Part shown: piece by piece, positions 1-9,844 of the stretch
Layout: each line of letters opens with the position of its first letter
How positions within the stretch are numbered: position 1 is the stretch's first letter
IMG/VR virus record: IMGVR_UViG_3300029288_000077
Coordinates: 96,001 to 160,000 of that record
Source: a virus
Lineage: Duplodnaviria; Caudoviricetes
Length of the DNA stretch: 64,000 bases
Strand: one strand, 5' to 3'
Notes under the pieces: generated by a model
What the model was told of the DNA's origin: nothing
Databases searched by the model: none
What the model saw: the letters and a program-made list of their open reading frames with translations, nothing else
Program-made: the position numbers and the translations under genes

Positions 1-868
1 GTGTGTCGTTGGCTCTGGTCCTAAAAATTATTATCTGGATTTTAGATCTATGACCTCGGCGCACACCACTCCTGGGGGAACGGGGTTTTTTTCTGTATAC
101 GCAGTTAGTTGGAGCGGGGCTGCTTGCGATGGTTCAAGACTAAGCGAGCCGCTGCTTTTAACAGTAGAAGATGTGGAGGGTGCTGGTTGGGTGTGGCATC
201 AGGATGCTTTTACAAGTCACGCAGACGCCGAAAGTATAAATCTGTGGTTTGTTTGGACTGATGGAGAGCCAGCATCCACAATGTGGATAGATGCTGTTCA
301 AGTTAGAGAATCAACATACCCTGTTTACGGGTTTTGCGGGCACAGTGCAACCGCTATAGCGACCTCCGTTTGCGCACAAATCGCTCCGAGTATTGAGCCA
401 AATCCCTTGAATATCTCTAATACAGGAATAAGCTTAAAAGTGATCCAGCCCTACAGCATCAGCGAGATTACTGGCGTAGGTTGGTATGTAATATACTCTA
501 GAGCAACCTCCGGAGCAAACAATTTACCTAATATCCAACTTGATACTGGTGGGGGGTACATCCGTAGTACTGTTCATTCTGGAACTGCTGGGGCGACAGA
601 CTCCTGCCGAAACTTTGGTGATCCCTGGGCTAAGGATGTGCAGCACGAGATTCATTTTAGTTACACTAACAACGTTGGCGGAGATGGTTATATCTGGCAT
701 GAAGTAGACGGCACGGACTACAATAACTTTATCTGCTTTGGGGTAGGTCCTGGGCGAGGGCTGGTAAACGGGATCGGTACAAGCCTCTGTATCGGCCACC
801 CCTATAGTTATGCAAAAGGCTCTGGTTACGTACAAGATTTTTATGTGTACTTGAGATCTCTTCCCTGA
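1..868 (+). CDS. Virion/fibre-associated beta-rich protein, 5'-truncated by the window edge
   Basis: Frame is open from base 2 through the ATG at 50. G/S/T/W-rich with lectin-like segments (MWIDAVQV, GYVQDFYVY). Confidence 0.5.
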   Translation, partial: CVVGSGPKNYYLDFRSMTSAHTTPGGTGFFSVYAVSWSGAACDGSRLSEPLLLTVEDVEGAGWVWHQDAFTSHADAESINLWFVWTDGEPASTMWIDAVQVRESTYPVYGFCGHSATAIATSVCAQIAPSIEPNPLNISNTGISLKVIQPYSISEITGVGWYVIYSRATSGANNLPNIQLDTGGGYIRSTVHSGTAGATDSCRNFGDPWAKDVQHEIHFSYTNNVGGDGYIWHEVDGTDYNNFICFGVGPGRGLVNGIGTSLCIGHPYSYAKGSGYVQDFYVYLRSLP

Positions 869-881
869 TAGGAGACAGAAG

Positions 882-1268
882 ATGCATACAATGCTGTTTC
901 TGATTTGGCTTCTTGCCCAAGTAAACCCGTTTCCTGTATATGAAAGTACTACTACAGTAGCTGTTGCAGGTACTGCTACTACAGCCTGCGTGGCTCAGAA
1001 GGTTTTGATTTATCAAAATATGACGTTTACGGTTAGGAACACAGGCGCTAATGTCCTTACCGCATGTACGGTAGAGCAATCTGCTGATGGTATAACCTAT
1101 AGTACTGTATCAGATTCGTGGACAGACTGTAGCGAACTTGCAGCGGGCGCACAAACAACGTGGTCGATAAGTGGACATAGCTTCAAGTACATTCGAGTGC
1201 GTGTCACTGCTGCTGCGGCACCCAATAATACAACCGTGTCTTGTATCATCACGGGTAATGCGGGGTAA
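882..1268 (+). CDS. Small beta-rich protein with N-terminal hydrophobic signal-like segment
   Basis: RBS AGGAG. Starts MHTMLFLIWLLAQ; VEQSADG...FKYIRVRV resembles small phage virion jelly-roll proteins. Confidence 0.55.
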   Translation: MHTMLFLIWLLAQVNPFPVYESTTTVAVAGTATTACVAQKVLIYQNMTFTVRNTGANVLTACTVEQSADGITYSTVSDSWTDCSELAAGAQTTWSISGHSFKYIRVRVTAAAAPNNTTVSCIITGNAG

Positions 1269-1271
1269 ACC

Positions 1272-2951
1272 ATGCATCGTTTGCTTATTGCACTATTGCT
1301 TCCTATACTGTTGGGTGCATCCCCTCCGTCCGTTCTAGAGGGAGATACTCAAACATTTTTAGGTCCAATAAAAGTAGTGGGTGAAATTTATCGGTGGTTG
1401 GATAGCGTGTTGGGCACGGCTACTTTGGCGACGGTAGCTCCGATAACCTTATACGTAGAGACTACGGGGAACGATTCGAATGACTGCCTCTCCGTTAGTA
1501 CAGCGTGTTTAACTATACAAGAGGCCATCAATAGAATCCCTAAAAATATAGGCCACACAGTATCAATAACGGTTGGATCTGGTAATTTTGCTGGTTTTGT
1601 TGTCAGTGGTTTTATTGTAACAGACCAAAATCAATTTTCTGTTCAGGGCACACTTGGTGCCTATTCTCCTGCAACAGGGTTGCAAACAGGTGTTGCTGAT
1701 GGTGCGGGGGGTAGCACCGAAAAACTAGTAGACAGTGATGGTGGATGGACCGTTAACAATCTAAAGGGGTCTCTTTTAAAGATAGGAACCGAATACAGAT
1801 TTATTAGGGACAATACAGCTACAGAAATAGAGGTAGTTGGTGCATTCTCTGCTACTTGTAACGGAAAAACTTATGAAATTGTTGAGTCTAAAACGGTGAT
1901 TACTTCCAATGCATCAGTGGGTAGCGCTAGAGTCTATATTACCGCCAATGTAGCACGATCGGGTGGCATTCGAATTCTCAATTTGAAATCTTCTGGAGGG
2001 ACATATGGGTTCTTTGCAGATGGGACATCTGGGACGCGTTTTCAATATCTACACGCATATGGTTTCAGTGGTGTTGGATTTATAAATCAATTCGTAGATT
2101 ATGCTACTATATTTGATATAGCCGCTTCCGCTGGTACGGGTACCTCCTACGGCATTTTTATTTCGCACTCACATATGAGTAGTGTCGGTAGGATGTTTTC
2201 ATTTTCTAGTACTGGGGCCTACGGTATTAGGGCATACTCCACAAGTATAAATTCGCCGTCTTATTGGGTAGTATATGATTTAACTGGCACATCTGTATAT
2301 GGCATAGCCTTGGAAGCAATGATGAATATGGAATTAACTGGCACCAATAGGATTAAAAATATTACTGGGTCTACAAGTGTATATGGGGCCGGTTTTTATT
2401 CTGGGGCCTATTATAAGATAAGTGGAACGCTACTGATAGATACGATTACTAAAACTGGAGCTGTCGATTTAACTACTGGCATTGGCTTATATCAAGGACA
2501 ACCATGTGACGTAAACCTTCACAATATTACAGTAACAAACTGTACTAGTCATGGAATTTCTGCTACAAGATCTACTAGTATTATGCTCGTTACTGCTAGC
2601 CTTACAAATAACGATGGGTATGGTTTGCATGCCATACAAAATTCTAATATAATTTTTCGTAATGGAACGCAAACTGTTTCTGGCAATGCCTTAGGAGGAG
2701 TATATGCAGGCACTTCGGCCAAGGTTCTTTTAGACAACACAGATGGGTCAAATACTGGATATGGTATAACCGTTGAACAGGGTGCAAGAGTCACGATTGA
2801 TAGCGGAACAGGGATTACGGGAACCACAAATAATATTTTGTTAGACGATGTGGAGAAAACCTATGCTGGTGATTTTGCAGTAAACAAAGACACAGAAATT
2901 GGTGTGTATGGCTCTGTTGTACAGCGTTATGATGGGCTCGACTTTATGTAG
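1272..2951 (+). CDS. Right-handed beta-helix (pectin-lyase fold) tailspike-like protein with predicted signal peptide
   Basis: LYVETTGNDSND...TIQEAINRIP cap motif and repeated YGI/HGI turns. N-terminus MHRLLIALLLPILLGA. Confidence 0.65.
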   Translation: MHRLLIALLLPILLGASPPSVLEGDTQTFLGPIKVVGEIYRWLDSVLGTATLATVAPITLYVETTGNDSNDCLSVSTACLTIQEAINRIPKNIGHTVSITVGSGNFAGFVVSGFIVTDQNQFSVQGTLGAYSPATGLQTGVADGAGGSTEKLVDSDGGWTVNNLKGSLLKIGTEYRFIRDNTATEIEVVGAFSATCNGKTYEIVESKTVITSNASVGSARVYITANVARSGGIRILNLKSSGGTYGFFADGTSGTRFQYLHAYGFSGVGFINQFVDYATIFDIAASAGTGTSYGIFISHSHMSSVGRMFSFSSTGAYGIRAYSTSINSPSYWVVYDLTGTSVYGIALEAMMNMELTGTNRIKNITGSTSVYGAGFYSGAYYKISGTLLIDTITKTGAVDLTTGIGLYQGQPCDVNLHNITVTNCTSHGISATRSTSIMLVTASLTNNDGYGLHAIQNSNIIFRNGTQTVSGNALGGVYAGTSAKVLLDNTDGSNTGYGITVEQGARVTIDSGTGITGTTNNILLDDVEKTYAGDFAVNKDTEIGVYGSVVQRYDGLDFM

Positions 2952-3036
2952 TAATTTTCTAAGTGGTAAATTTCTCGCCGTCCCTTAAATCTTCTCTGTT
3001 ACCACGCAGTATAATAATCAGCAAATAGGAGGTCCC

Positions 3037-3168
3037 ATGAACAAGCAGACTACCAAGATCCTAAACTCCGTGAAAGAGTTCATTTACAAGTACAAGATTC
3101 CTGTAATTCTTGTTGCTTTACTGGTGGTTGCATCTACCGCAATCACCTGTGCGACCTGCGGTGCTTAG
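3037..3168 (+). CDS. 43-aa membrane peptide, not in the ORF track
   Basis: TATAAT at 3010 and AGGAGG RBS. MNKQTTKILNSVKEFIYKYKIPVILVALLVVASTAITCATCGA. Confidence 0.6.
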   Translation: MNKQTTKILNSVKEFIYKYKIPVILVALLVVASTAITCATCGA

Positions 3169-3173
3169 CCGCC

Positions 3174-3374
3174 GTGTACGATTTTACACCTATGTGGACA
3201 CCTAAAATTAGGCGCATAGCCGAGTGTATGCACCAACAGCGCGAGTGGTGGGTGAATCGAAGGTCTTCTAAGGAAACTGTGCCGTTCGAGGCACTACCAG
3301 AATGTGATAAATTGGCCTACAAAATGGTAGCGGAACGCATATTGAAGATCACAGAAGATGAAAAAGACTATTGA
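3174..3374 (+). CDS. Hypothetical protein with RyR-domain-like motif
   Basis: HQQREW...VPFEALPECDK motif. Confidence 0.4.
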   Translation: MYDFTPMWTPKIRRIAECMHQQREWWVNRRSSKETVPFEALPECDKLAYKMVAERILKITEDEKDY

Positions 3375-3497
3375 AAAGCTTTTTATTGGTGGTATGAAAG
3401 TGTTGGGCACATGCGCGTACGTGTTCTGTTGCTTGTGCGCCTATGTGGATCATAAGATTAAAGAAGGCGATAGGTTAGAGAAGCTAGGTATGCGAAA

Positions 3498-3743
3498 ATG
3501 ACACGTCCCGATATAGATAAGCTAGTGCGTGATGTTTATCTGGACCCGAGCGTGCCTTCTCATGCTCTACGTGCAATAGACACCTTCGTAAGATACATTC
3601 AGCACTTAGAACATGAACTAGATTTTACGGAACCTTATGACGCCCCTGCTAAGATAGCGAAGTTGAAGCTGGAGAAGCAGTTCGATCCCAGGAACGTGCC
3701 GGAGTTTCTAGATATCGTGAGGAAACAACATGACAAAGATTAG
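3498..3743 (+). CDS. Hypothetical protein
   Basis: ORF packed in the operon. Confidence 0.45.
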   Translation: MTRPDIDKLVRDVYLDPSVPSHALRAIDTFVRYIQHLEHELDFTEPYDAPAKIAKLKLEKQFDPRNVPEFLDIVRKQHDKD

Positions 3744-4191
3744 AGTATATGCAAACCAAGAAGATCTTCAACTCGTTTTTGGAGACGAACTATTTGGAAT
3801 GGATATTCTTAATAACGATCCGTGGGCACTGGCGCAATTGTCCGACATCAACATCCTTTCTAATAAAGAACTTCTTGCTAGCTTTGTTGATGTGAATTTT
3901 GAAGGAGAAGGTGGCGTAGTTGTAGCGGCCATTTTCGATGCTTATGACGGCGAATCGTACGACTTTGATACAGTAGTGCATCCTAAGTACCAGGGGCGTG
4001 GTTTAGGAACACAGCTAATTGAAATAGCTATGGATCGGTTCAAGAGTGAAATATTAGAGATGAATCCTGATGCGAAGTTACATTTAGACGTAGTAAACCC
4101 GGGCATGGTTGATTTTCTAAAAACGAAGTATGGCCTAGAGGTAAAGGAAGAGGTTGGAAGTCACATAATTATGGGTGCTATTCTTGAGTAA
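3730..4191 (+). CDS. GNAT acetyltransferase
   Basis: Acetyl-CoA motif VVHPKYQGRGLGTQL. Confidence 0.85.
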   Translation: MTKIRVYANQEDLQLVFGDELFGMDILNNDPWALAQLSDINILSNKELLASFVDVNFEGEGGVVVAAIFDAYDGESYDFDTVVHPKYQGRGLGTQLIEIAMDRFKSEILEMNPDAKLHLDVVNPGMVDFLKTKYGLEVKEEVGSHIIMGAILE

Positions 4192-4342
4192 CCTTTGCAA
4201 ATTTTGTCATAAGCCGTTTACGAAAACTAGTTCTAGACAAGTATATTGTAAACGACCGGAATGCATAGCTAGAAAACGCGCACGGATGCGGTACGTAAAA
4301 AACGTGTTAGGAGTCTCGTGGGCAAGATATGAGAAAAGATAA
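4184..4342 (+). CDS. 52-aa Zn-finger-like protein (TTG start), not in the ORF track
   Basis: CKFCHKPFTKTSSRQVYCKRPEC; fills the gap and overlaps both neighbours. Confidence 0.5.
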   Translation: MSNLCKFCHKPFTKTSSRQVYCKRPECIARKRARMRYVKNVLGVSWARYEKR

Positions 4343-4766
4343 AATAATACTGTTTCTAGACATAGATGGGGTTCTAATTTGCAAGGGTGAGGAACAGCCG
4401 CGTTTAGAGGCTGTTTCTTCTATAAACAAATTAATAAAAATTTTTGATGCATATATAGTTATAACGTCTGCTAGAAGAATTGGAAAATCAACTGAAGAAC
4501 TTCAAGAAAAAATAGAGAAATACGGTATTTTGGGTATTGTTGTAGGAAAAACAAAAGATGCACCTATTATAAATAGAAGAGGAAATGATATTTATTCTTA
4601 CATAAAAGAAAATGGAGTACAAAAGTATGTTGTTGTGGATGACGTAGATCCAATTCAACTGATCCCTCCCTTAGATAAAAGTTGTGTTTTGCATGTCCCG
4701 TTAGGATTTAGGACCGGAATAACACGAGGTATGGTAGACAGATTCTTGGAGAATAGAATAATATGA
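4329..4766 (+). CDS. HAD-superfamily domain protein (Swiss Army Knife RNA-repair-like HAD)
   Basis: FLDIDGVL, VITSARR and YVVVDD motifs. Confidence 0.8.
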   Translation: MRKDKIILFLDIDGVLICKGEEQPRLEAVSSINKLIKIFDAYIVITSARRIGKSTEELQEKIEKYGILGIVVGKTKDAPIINRRGNDIYSYIKENGVQKYVVVDDVDPIQLIPPLDKSCVLHVPLGFRTGITRGMVDRFLENRII

Positions 4767-5107
4767 CTTCCATTAACCATGATCGCACAATACGTATGTT
4801 GTATGGTGAGTGTTCTGGGATTGAAGAGTTGGATTGCACTTATTGTGTGTGTACGGTATGTGGATCCTCATATATAGAGGTGTTCCCTAAGCACGCGTTA
4901 GATATCAGCAAAATGAAGAAGCTTACTATTGACCAAGCAAAAAATTTGGGTTTATATGAAGGCGCATATAAGGAGCACCTTCTGTGTGAAACGTGCCAAC
5001 AAAAACGAATAAAACACGAGGATATTTTACAGATACTTAGTTTTGTGTTTTGTGTCTTGTCGGTGATTGCATTGACAGTACTATTCTCTGTTGGAGGAAT
5101 TCCTTGA
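4763..5107 (+). CDS. Cys-rich protein with C-terminal TM helix
   Basis: CxxC pairs and hydrophobic C-terminus. Confidence 0.45.
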   Translation: MTSINHDRTIRMLYGECSGIEELDCTYCVCTVCGSSYIEVFPKHALDISKMKKLTIDQAKNLGLYEGAYKEHLLCETCQQKRIKHEDILQILSFVFCVLSVIALTVLFSVGGIP

Positions 5108-5574
5108 GTACAAAGCGAAAAGGCTGGCATGAATACTTTATGAATTTGGCTGAACTTACATCAACAAGGGGCACGTGTGATCGAGCTAGAGTGGGCTGCG
5201 TTCTGGTTAAAGATAAATTAGTTATTGCTGGTGGATATAATGGCTCGCTTCCTGGTGCGGATCATTGTGATGATATAGGACACTTTATGCAAGAAGGTCA
5301 CTGCCGACGCACGAACCATTCGGAAGCAAATATGATAGCTTCCGCAGCCAAACGCGGCGTTTCTACTGATGGTGGAGTTCTCTACTGTACGCACACTCCA
5401 TGCATTACGTGCCTAAAATTGCTTGTGGCAGCAGGGGTTCATACTGTATATTATCTTAATGAATATAGGATAGAAGATGTGCCAGATTTTGTTAAGGAGA
5501 AAGTAAGGTTGGTAAAATTCAACAAGAACCTAGACACTCTTAATGAAGTAATTGTTAGAAAGGATTATTTGTGA
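5104..5574 (+). CDS. dCMP deaminase (ComEB family)
   Basis: WHEYFM, TCDRARVGCVLV, GYNG, HSEAN, PCITC motifs. Likely TTG start at 5104. Confidence 0.92.
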   Translation: MSTKRKGWHEYFMNLAELTSTRGTCDRARVGCVLVKDKLVIAGGYNGSLPGADHCDDIGHFMQEGHCRRTNHSEANMIASAAKRGVSTDGGVLYCTHTPCITCLKLLVAAGVHTVYYLNEYRIEDVPDFVKEKVRLVKFNKNLDTLNEVIVRKDYL

Positions 5575-6023
5575 TGGAAGAACTATATGTAAACACGGAG
5601 CGTATGAAGCATCGCCCCGATAAACCAAAATCTAATCTTGAATTTTGGAAAGTGTGGGTGCCTGTTATAGTTACGCTTGTAACTGTGTTTGGCTCTCTTG
5701 TTGGTATTTACATCCAGGGAAATAAATCTGCTTCTAAGATCGAGTACATAGTAAGCCAAATCAATGATGCAATAATTCCTAGGCTAGAAAAAGCACTTGA
5801 AGGTAATAATACAGAAATAAAGATTTTGCGTGAGCGGGTGGCTGTTCTAGAAAAAATGAGCGAGGTTCGAAGATCTAGAGTAGTTCCAACCACATTTGGT
5901 TTTGGTAATCCATTGGATCTTCCGGCACCTGCTGTAAAGACGCTTTCTAAACCAGCTACAGAGGCACTAAAGACTTCTACTAAATATGATATACCTAGAT
6001 TGCAACATGAACAGGTAGAGTAA
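5571..6023 (+). CDS. Single-TM coiled-coil membrane protein
   Basis: TM helix followed by LRERVAVLE coiled coil. Confidence 0.5.
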   Translation: MMEELYVNTERMKHRPDKPKSNLEFWKVWVPVIVTLVTVFGSLVGIYIQGNKSASKIEYIVSQINDAIIPRLEKALEGNNTEIKILRERVAVLEKMSEVRRSRVVPTTFGFGNPLDLPAPAVKTLSKPATEALKTSTKYDIPRLQHEQVE

Positions 6024-6025
6024 TC

Positions 6026-8320
6026 ATGAAGAAACTGTTAATATCCGCTATTGCTGTTGTTTTTCTGTTTCCGTCCGCTGCTTATGCTGTTGCCTGCGTA
6101 TCAAACGGAACTGGTGGTGGCAACTGGAGCGATGAAGCTACATGGACTGACGCCTCGTGCGGTGCAGCACATTTTCCTATATCTGGAGATTCTGCTACCA
6201 TAGCCGCAGGAGACACAGTAACAATAGATGGAGATCTTACGGTAGGCACTTCTCCCGCAAGTGCTGTTACTTATGATTTAGATATTTCTGGCACGCTGTA
6301 TTGGCCAAACAATCCAGGCATAGATATGATTTTTACACTACAGTCCTCCATGAGAATAAACGCGGGAGGCATATTCCAGATTGGGGATTCTGGAACCCCG
6401 TTAAATTCTGCAGTTCGTGCCCACATACTGTTTAATAATACATCTCCTGTCCCCGATCAAAAATACAAAATTCTTGTAAATGGTGGCAAATTGTATGTGT
6501 ATGGGAACTCAAGTTATTTTATGACATCAGGAGCAAATTACAGGGCAAGGATTTTTGGGTGCATTCCGGACTGCAACGCCGGTGCCGGTAGAACTATAAT
6601 GCTAGACCGTGCTGTATATTGGCCTGCATCAGCCAGTCTCACACACGATGCGATATTGATCGGAATAGGAGGCAACGTATCAACTGCCCCGGCTGCTGGT
6701 GACGATGGGGAACTAATTACTAGTTGGGGATCTCCTGGTTCTAGCAGCATCAACGGGGTAACACTTACAGAAAATCATATGATTGGGGATATTGTAGTAA
6801 ACGTGTCCCGAAACGTTCTCTTTCAGGCGGATAGTGCTACTTATCATAGCATAGTAGAAACAACTGCTACAAATAATCCATACGATATAAATTATGCGAG
6901 GTTCGATGAATTTGGAGATAACACTACCACAGGATCTGGTATAACATTCAATGCTGCATCTAATACTGTTGGAACAATAAATCATGTATCCGTAACTAAT
7001 TGTGAAGATGGTGCCGGTACTACTTGTTTTTATATTAACTCTTCTGGATGGACTAAATTTGAAGGAAATACGGCATATGAATCAAGATCAACTGGAAATG
7101 GATTTTATTTTTTAGGTAATCAGTATCCAGCAGGAACATTTGAAATAAAAGATTGTACATATATTGAGGGACCACTAGGAAATGGAGATGGTATTGAATT
7201 CGCTTCAAACACTGTAAAAACTGATTTAACTGGATTTTGGTCATCTAACGCAAATTCTGGAATAAAAATAACTGCATCATATACTGATACTTATTCTTGT
7301 ATTCTTCATGCTACCACTACTTATGGGGTACAAATTACAAGCCCAAATTCTACGTATTATCAGTATGTAAAATTAAAAATAGATTCATGTGAAATAAGGA
7401 ATAGTGAATCGAATTCAATATATTTGCTCTCATTTGCAAATTTAATTTATTCAAATAATGATATAGATGGAGCAGAAGCTACTTGCTTCAATGTTGCTGG
7501 TAGTTTTTATGGTTATTTTGAAAATAATACTTACGATAGATGCAATACGAGCAATACAACAAACAGAGCAGGATTTGAAATACTTAATTCTGACAATAAT
7601 TTTGATGTATATGCAGTAAATGAATCATTTGGAGCAACAACCGCAAACAATAAATCAAATATAAATATAGATTCACCAACATTCAATGATACAATTACTG
7701 GATCTAATAGATATGTATGCAACAATTGCTTACTCGCAGAAGTTAATAATCCGATTACATGTAGCTCAATGCCAACAGATGGAATAATTATTCCATGTCT
7801 TACATATAATAATGCCGTGTATATTCCAGAGGAATCTTTTTATTCATTACATAATAAAGATCAAGTTGAAAATGCAAATTACGGATGGGGTCCTGGGGGA
7901 ATGGTATTTACTAGAGAAACCGTGACTGTCGTGGATAATACATTGAATGTTAAAGTTCAGCCAGGAAACGCTACTGACTATGGGTACCTTCCTTTAGGAA
8001 CTATAAGCGTTGTGCAAGGACAAACTGTTACTGTAAACGTACAAATACGCAAAGACGAATCTCAAAGTGCAGGATTTCGGCCAAGATTGGGTTTAGAAGG
8101 GGCAGGATTTAACAGGTACACCACATACGATGAAATGAGCGATGCTATAAACACATGGGAGACGGTCACTGTCACTGGTGTGGCCACTTACTCTGGAAGC
8201 GTTCATATTTATTTAGGCGTTAAAAATAATTTGTCTGGTGCGAACAACTATGAGCCGGAATGGCCACCAACACTAGAAATATATGCAGATGGAATCAGTG
8301 TTACAAAGACAGGGCCATGA
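6026..8320 (+). CDS. Large G8-like + beta-helix protein with Sec signal peptide
   Basis: MKKLLISAIAVVFLFPSAAYA, then GNWSDEATW...P..GDSATIAAGDTVTID, N/S/T-rich helix repeats and a C-terminal jelly-roll (TWETVTVT). Confidence 0.65.
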   Translation: MKKLLISAIAVVFLFPSAAYAVACVSNGTGGGNWSDEATWTDASCGAAHFPISGDSATIAAGDTVTIDGDLTVGTSPASAVTYDLDISGTLYWPNNPGIDMIFTLQSSMRINAGGIFQIGDSGTPLNSAVRAHILFNNTSPVPDQKYKILVNGGKLYVYGNSSYFMTSGANYRARIFGCIPDCNAGAGRTIMLDRAVYWPASASLTHDAILIGIGGNVSTAPAAGDDGELITSWGSPGSSSINGVTLTENHMIGDIVVNVSRNVLFQADSATYHSIVETTATNNPYDINYARFDEFGDNTTTGSGITFNAASNTVGTINHVSVTNCEDGAGTTCFYINSSGWTKFEGNTAYESRSTGNGFYFLGNQYPAGTFEIKDCTYIEGPLGNGDGIEFASNTVKTDLTGFWSSNANSGIKITASYTDTYSCILHATTTYGVQITSPNSTYYQYVKLKIDSCEIRNSESNSIYLLSFANLIYSNNDIDGAEATCFNVAGSFYGYFENNTYDRCNTSNTTNRAGFEILNSDNNFDVYAVNESFGATTANNKSNINIDSPTFNDTITGSNRYVCNNCLLAEVNNPITCSSMPTDGIIIPCLTYNNAVYIPEESFYSLHNKDQVENANYGWGPGGMVFTRETVTVVDNTLNVKVQPGNATDYGYLPLGTISVVQGQTVTVNVQIRKDESQSAGFRPRLGLEGAGFNRYTTYDEMSDAINTWETVTVTGVATYSGSVHIYLGVKNNLSGANNYEPEWPPTLEIYADGISVTKTGP

Positions 8321-8595
8321 ATAAAGAAATTGAAAATATACTTAGTTTTTTGTGTTCAGAATTGAAGAGTGTAATTGAAGGAGTGTTTTACAATGATACT
8401 ACCTTCAACAATGAATTGTGTGTTTATGTAATTGTACGTGAACATTTTAACAGGTTCTATGAAAAAATACTATTAACAGAAGGAAAAATAAATCAGACGT
8501 ATAAAACACCAGTTACAATACATGTGTGGGCATCTCAAGGTCGCACGATAGAAAAATGCAGACCTCCTAGTACCAAGCAGTGGGTATCTAAGTGA
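8317..8595 (+). CDS. Hypothetical protein
   Basis: ATGA overlap with the upstream stop. Confidence 0.45.
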   Translation: MNKEIENILSFLCSELKSVIEGVFYNDTTFNNELCVYVIVREHFNRFYEKILLTEGKINQTYKTPVTIHVWASQGRTIEKCRPPSTKQWVSK

Positions 8596-9146
8596 CTCCG
8601 TGGGGTGATGGGCTTCCTGGGTTAGATGACGTCCCGATTGGTGGGTGGGGCGACGGACTTCCTCTTGGGCCGTCTACTGTTGGACCTCAAGTCGTGTCTG
8701 CTGTGGCTGTGGATTCTACTACCACAAGACTTACCTACAATAAAGAAGTACAACATTCAAACCCAGGTAACATCAACGATTCTTTGAATCCAGCGAATTA
8801 TGCTTTTTCTGGTGGTTTATCTGCGGTGAGTGTGTCTGTTAACCAAGCCAATCCAACTGTAGTAGATATTATAGTAACGCCTGCAATGGAGAACATTAAC
8901 TACACTGTTGTAGTGTCTAATGTAGAAGATCTTGCGGGCAATCTGGTAGATCCACTATATAATTCTGCTACGTACTTGGGACCGGAAAATGACGAAGCCA
9001 ACGATTTTATTGCTGAAATACTCATTGGTGATGAGGTGGTGTGGAGTGCAAACAGTTTTGTAAACCAACAAAAAATAAAAATTGACGTGGCACGATTTTA
9101 CGGTAAATTTCCTCTAACGTTTAGGATAAGGGGTATTAGGATATGA
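8592..9146 (+). CDS. Ig-like (SbsA-type) domain protein
   Basis: PQVVSAVAVD...YTVVVSNVEDLAGN; two N-terminal WGDGLP repeats. Confidence 0.65.
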   Translation: MTPWGDGLPGLDDVPIGGWGDGLPLGPSTVGPQVVSAVAVDSTTTRLTYNKEVQHSNPGNINDSLNPANYAFSGGLSAVSVSVNQANPTVVDIIVTPAMENINYTVVVSNVEDLAGNLVDPLYNSATYLGPENDEANDFIAEILIGDEVVWSANSFVNQQKIKIDVARFYGKFPLTFRIRGIRI

Positions 9147-9406
9147 GAAAAAGAGACGTGGACTGCAAGCGCATAAGAGAGCGCATTGTTGCTCTGCTTG
9201 AAAAGGAACCGTGGCTTACTAATTACACCATCAGCCAACGATTTGGATGCCCTGTTGACTATGTAGGAGACGTAAGACGTTCTGCCGGTAAAAAGTCTCC
9301 TAGAACTGAAACACTTACTGATACAGACTTCAAGAAATCAAGATTTTCAAAGCTAATCAAAAAACTAAGAAACAACCCTCATTACATAACTGAGCGTAAG
9401 AAATAA
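9143..9406 (+). CDS. Small basic HTH-like protein
   Basis: LTNYTISQRFGCPVDYVGDVR. Confidence 0.5.
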   Translation: MRKRDVDCKRIRERIVALLEKEPWLTNYTISQRFGCPVDYVGDVRRSAGKKSPRTETLTDTDFKKSRFSKLIKKLRNNPHYITERKK

Positions 9407-9828
9407 TAGTACACAAAGACATACTAAATGTTGATGCAGGCATACTTGTACATCAAGTAAATCTGTGCGGGGTTATGGGTGCTGGTGTAGCCAAGCAAAT
9501 TAGACTAAAGTATCCACAAGTATTTACAGAGTACAGTGCAGCTTGCGCACACAATAACTGTGGATTGGGTGATGTTCAATTTGTTGAAATAAATGAGTAT
9601 TTGTACGTGTGTGATTTGTTCGGTCAAAGAGGGTATGGCAGAAATGAACTACACACTGATTATGCAGCACACAGAAAAGCGTGGCCGCTCATTAAGAACA
9701 AGTCGAGTGAACTGCAATTAAAAGTGTTTGCGCCTTACATGATAGGGTGTGGTTTAGGTGGTGGTAACTGGGACGTCTTGCGACCGATAATAGAGTCAGC
9801 GTGCGATGTAGTATGGTGCCGAAAGTGA
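9403..9828 (+). CDS. Macrodomain (Poa1p-like, ADP-ribose processing) protein
   Basis: KDIL...VHQVN..GVMGAGVAKQI and PYMIGCGLGGGNW. The conserved N-terminus extends upstream of ATG 9475 to ATA 9403. Confidence 0.85.
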   Translation: MIVHKDILNVDAGILVHQVNLCGVMGAGVAKQIRLKYPQVFTEYSAACAHNNCGLGDVQFVEINEYLYVCDLFGQRGYGRNELHTDYAAHRKAWPLIKNKSSELQLKVFAPYMIGCGLGGGNWDVLRPIIESACDVVWCRK

Positions 9829-9844
9829 AAAGGAAAGGTACACA

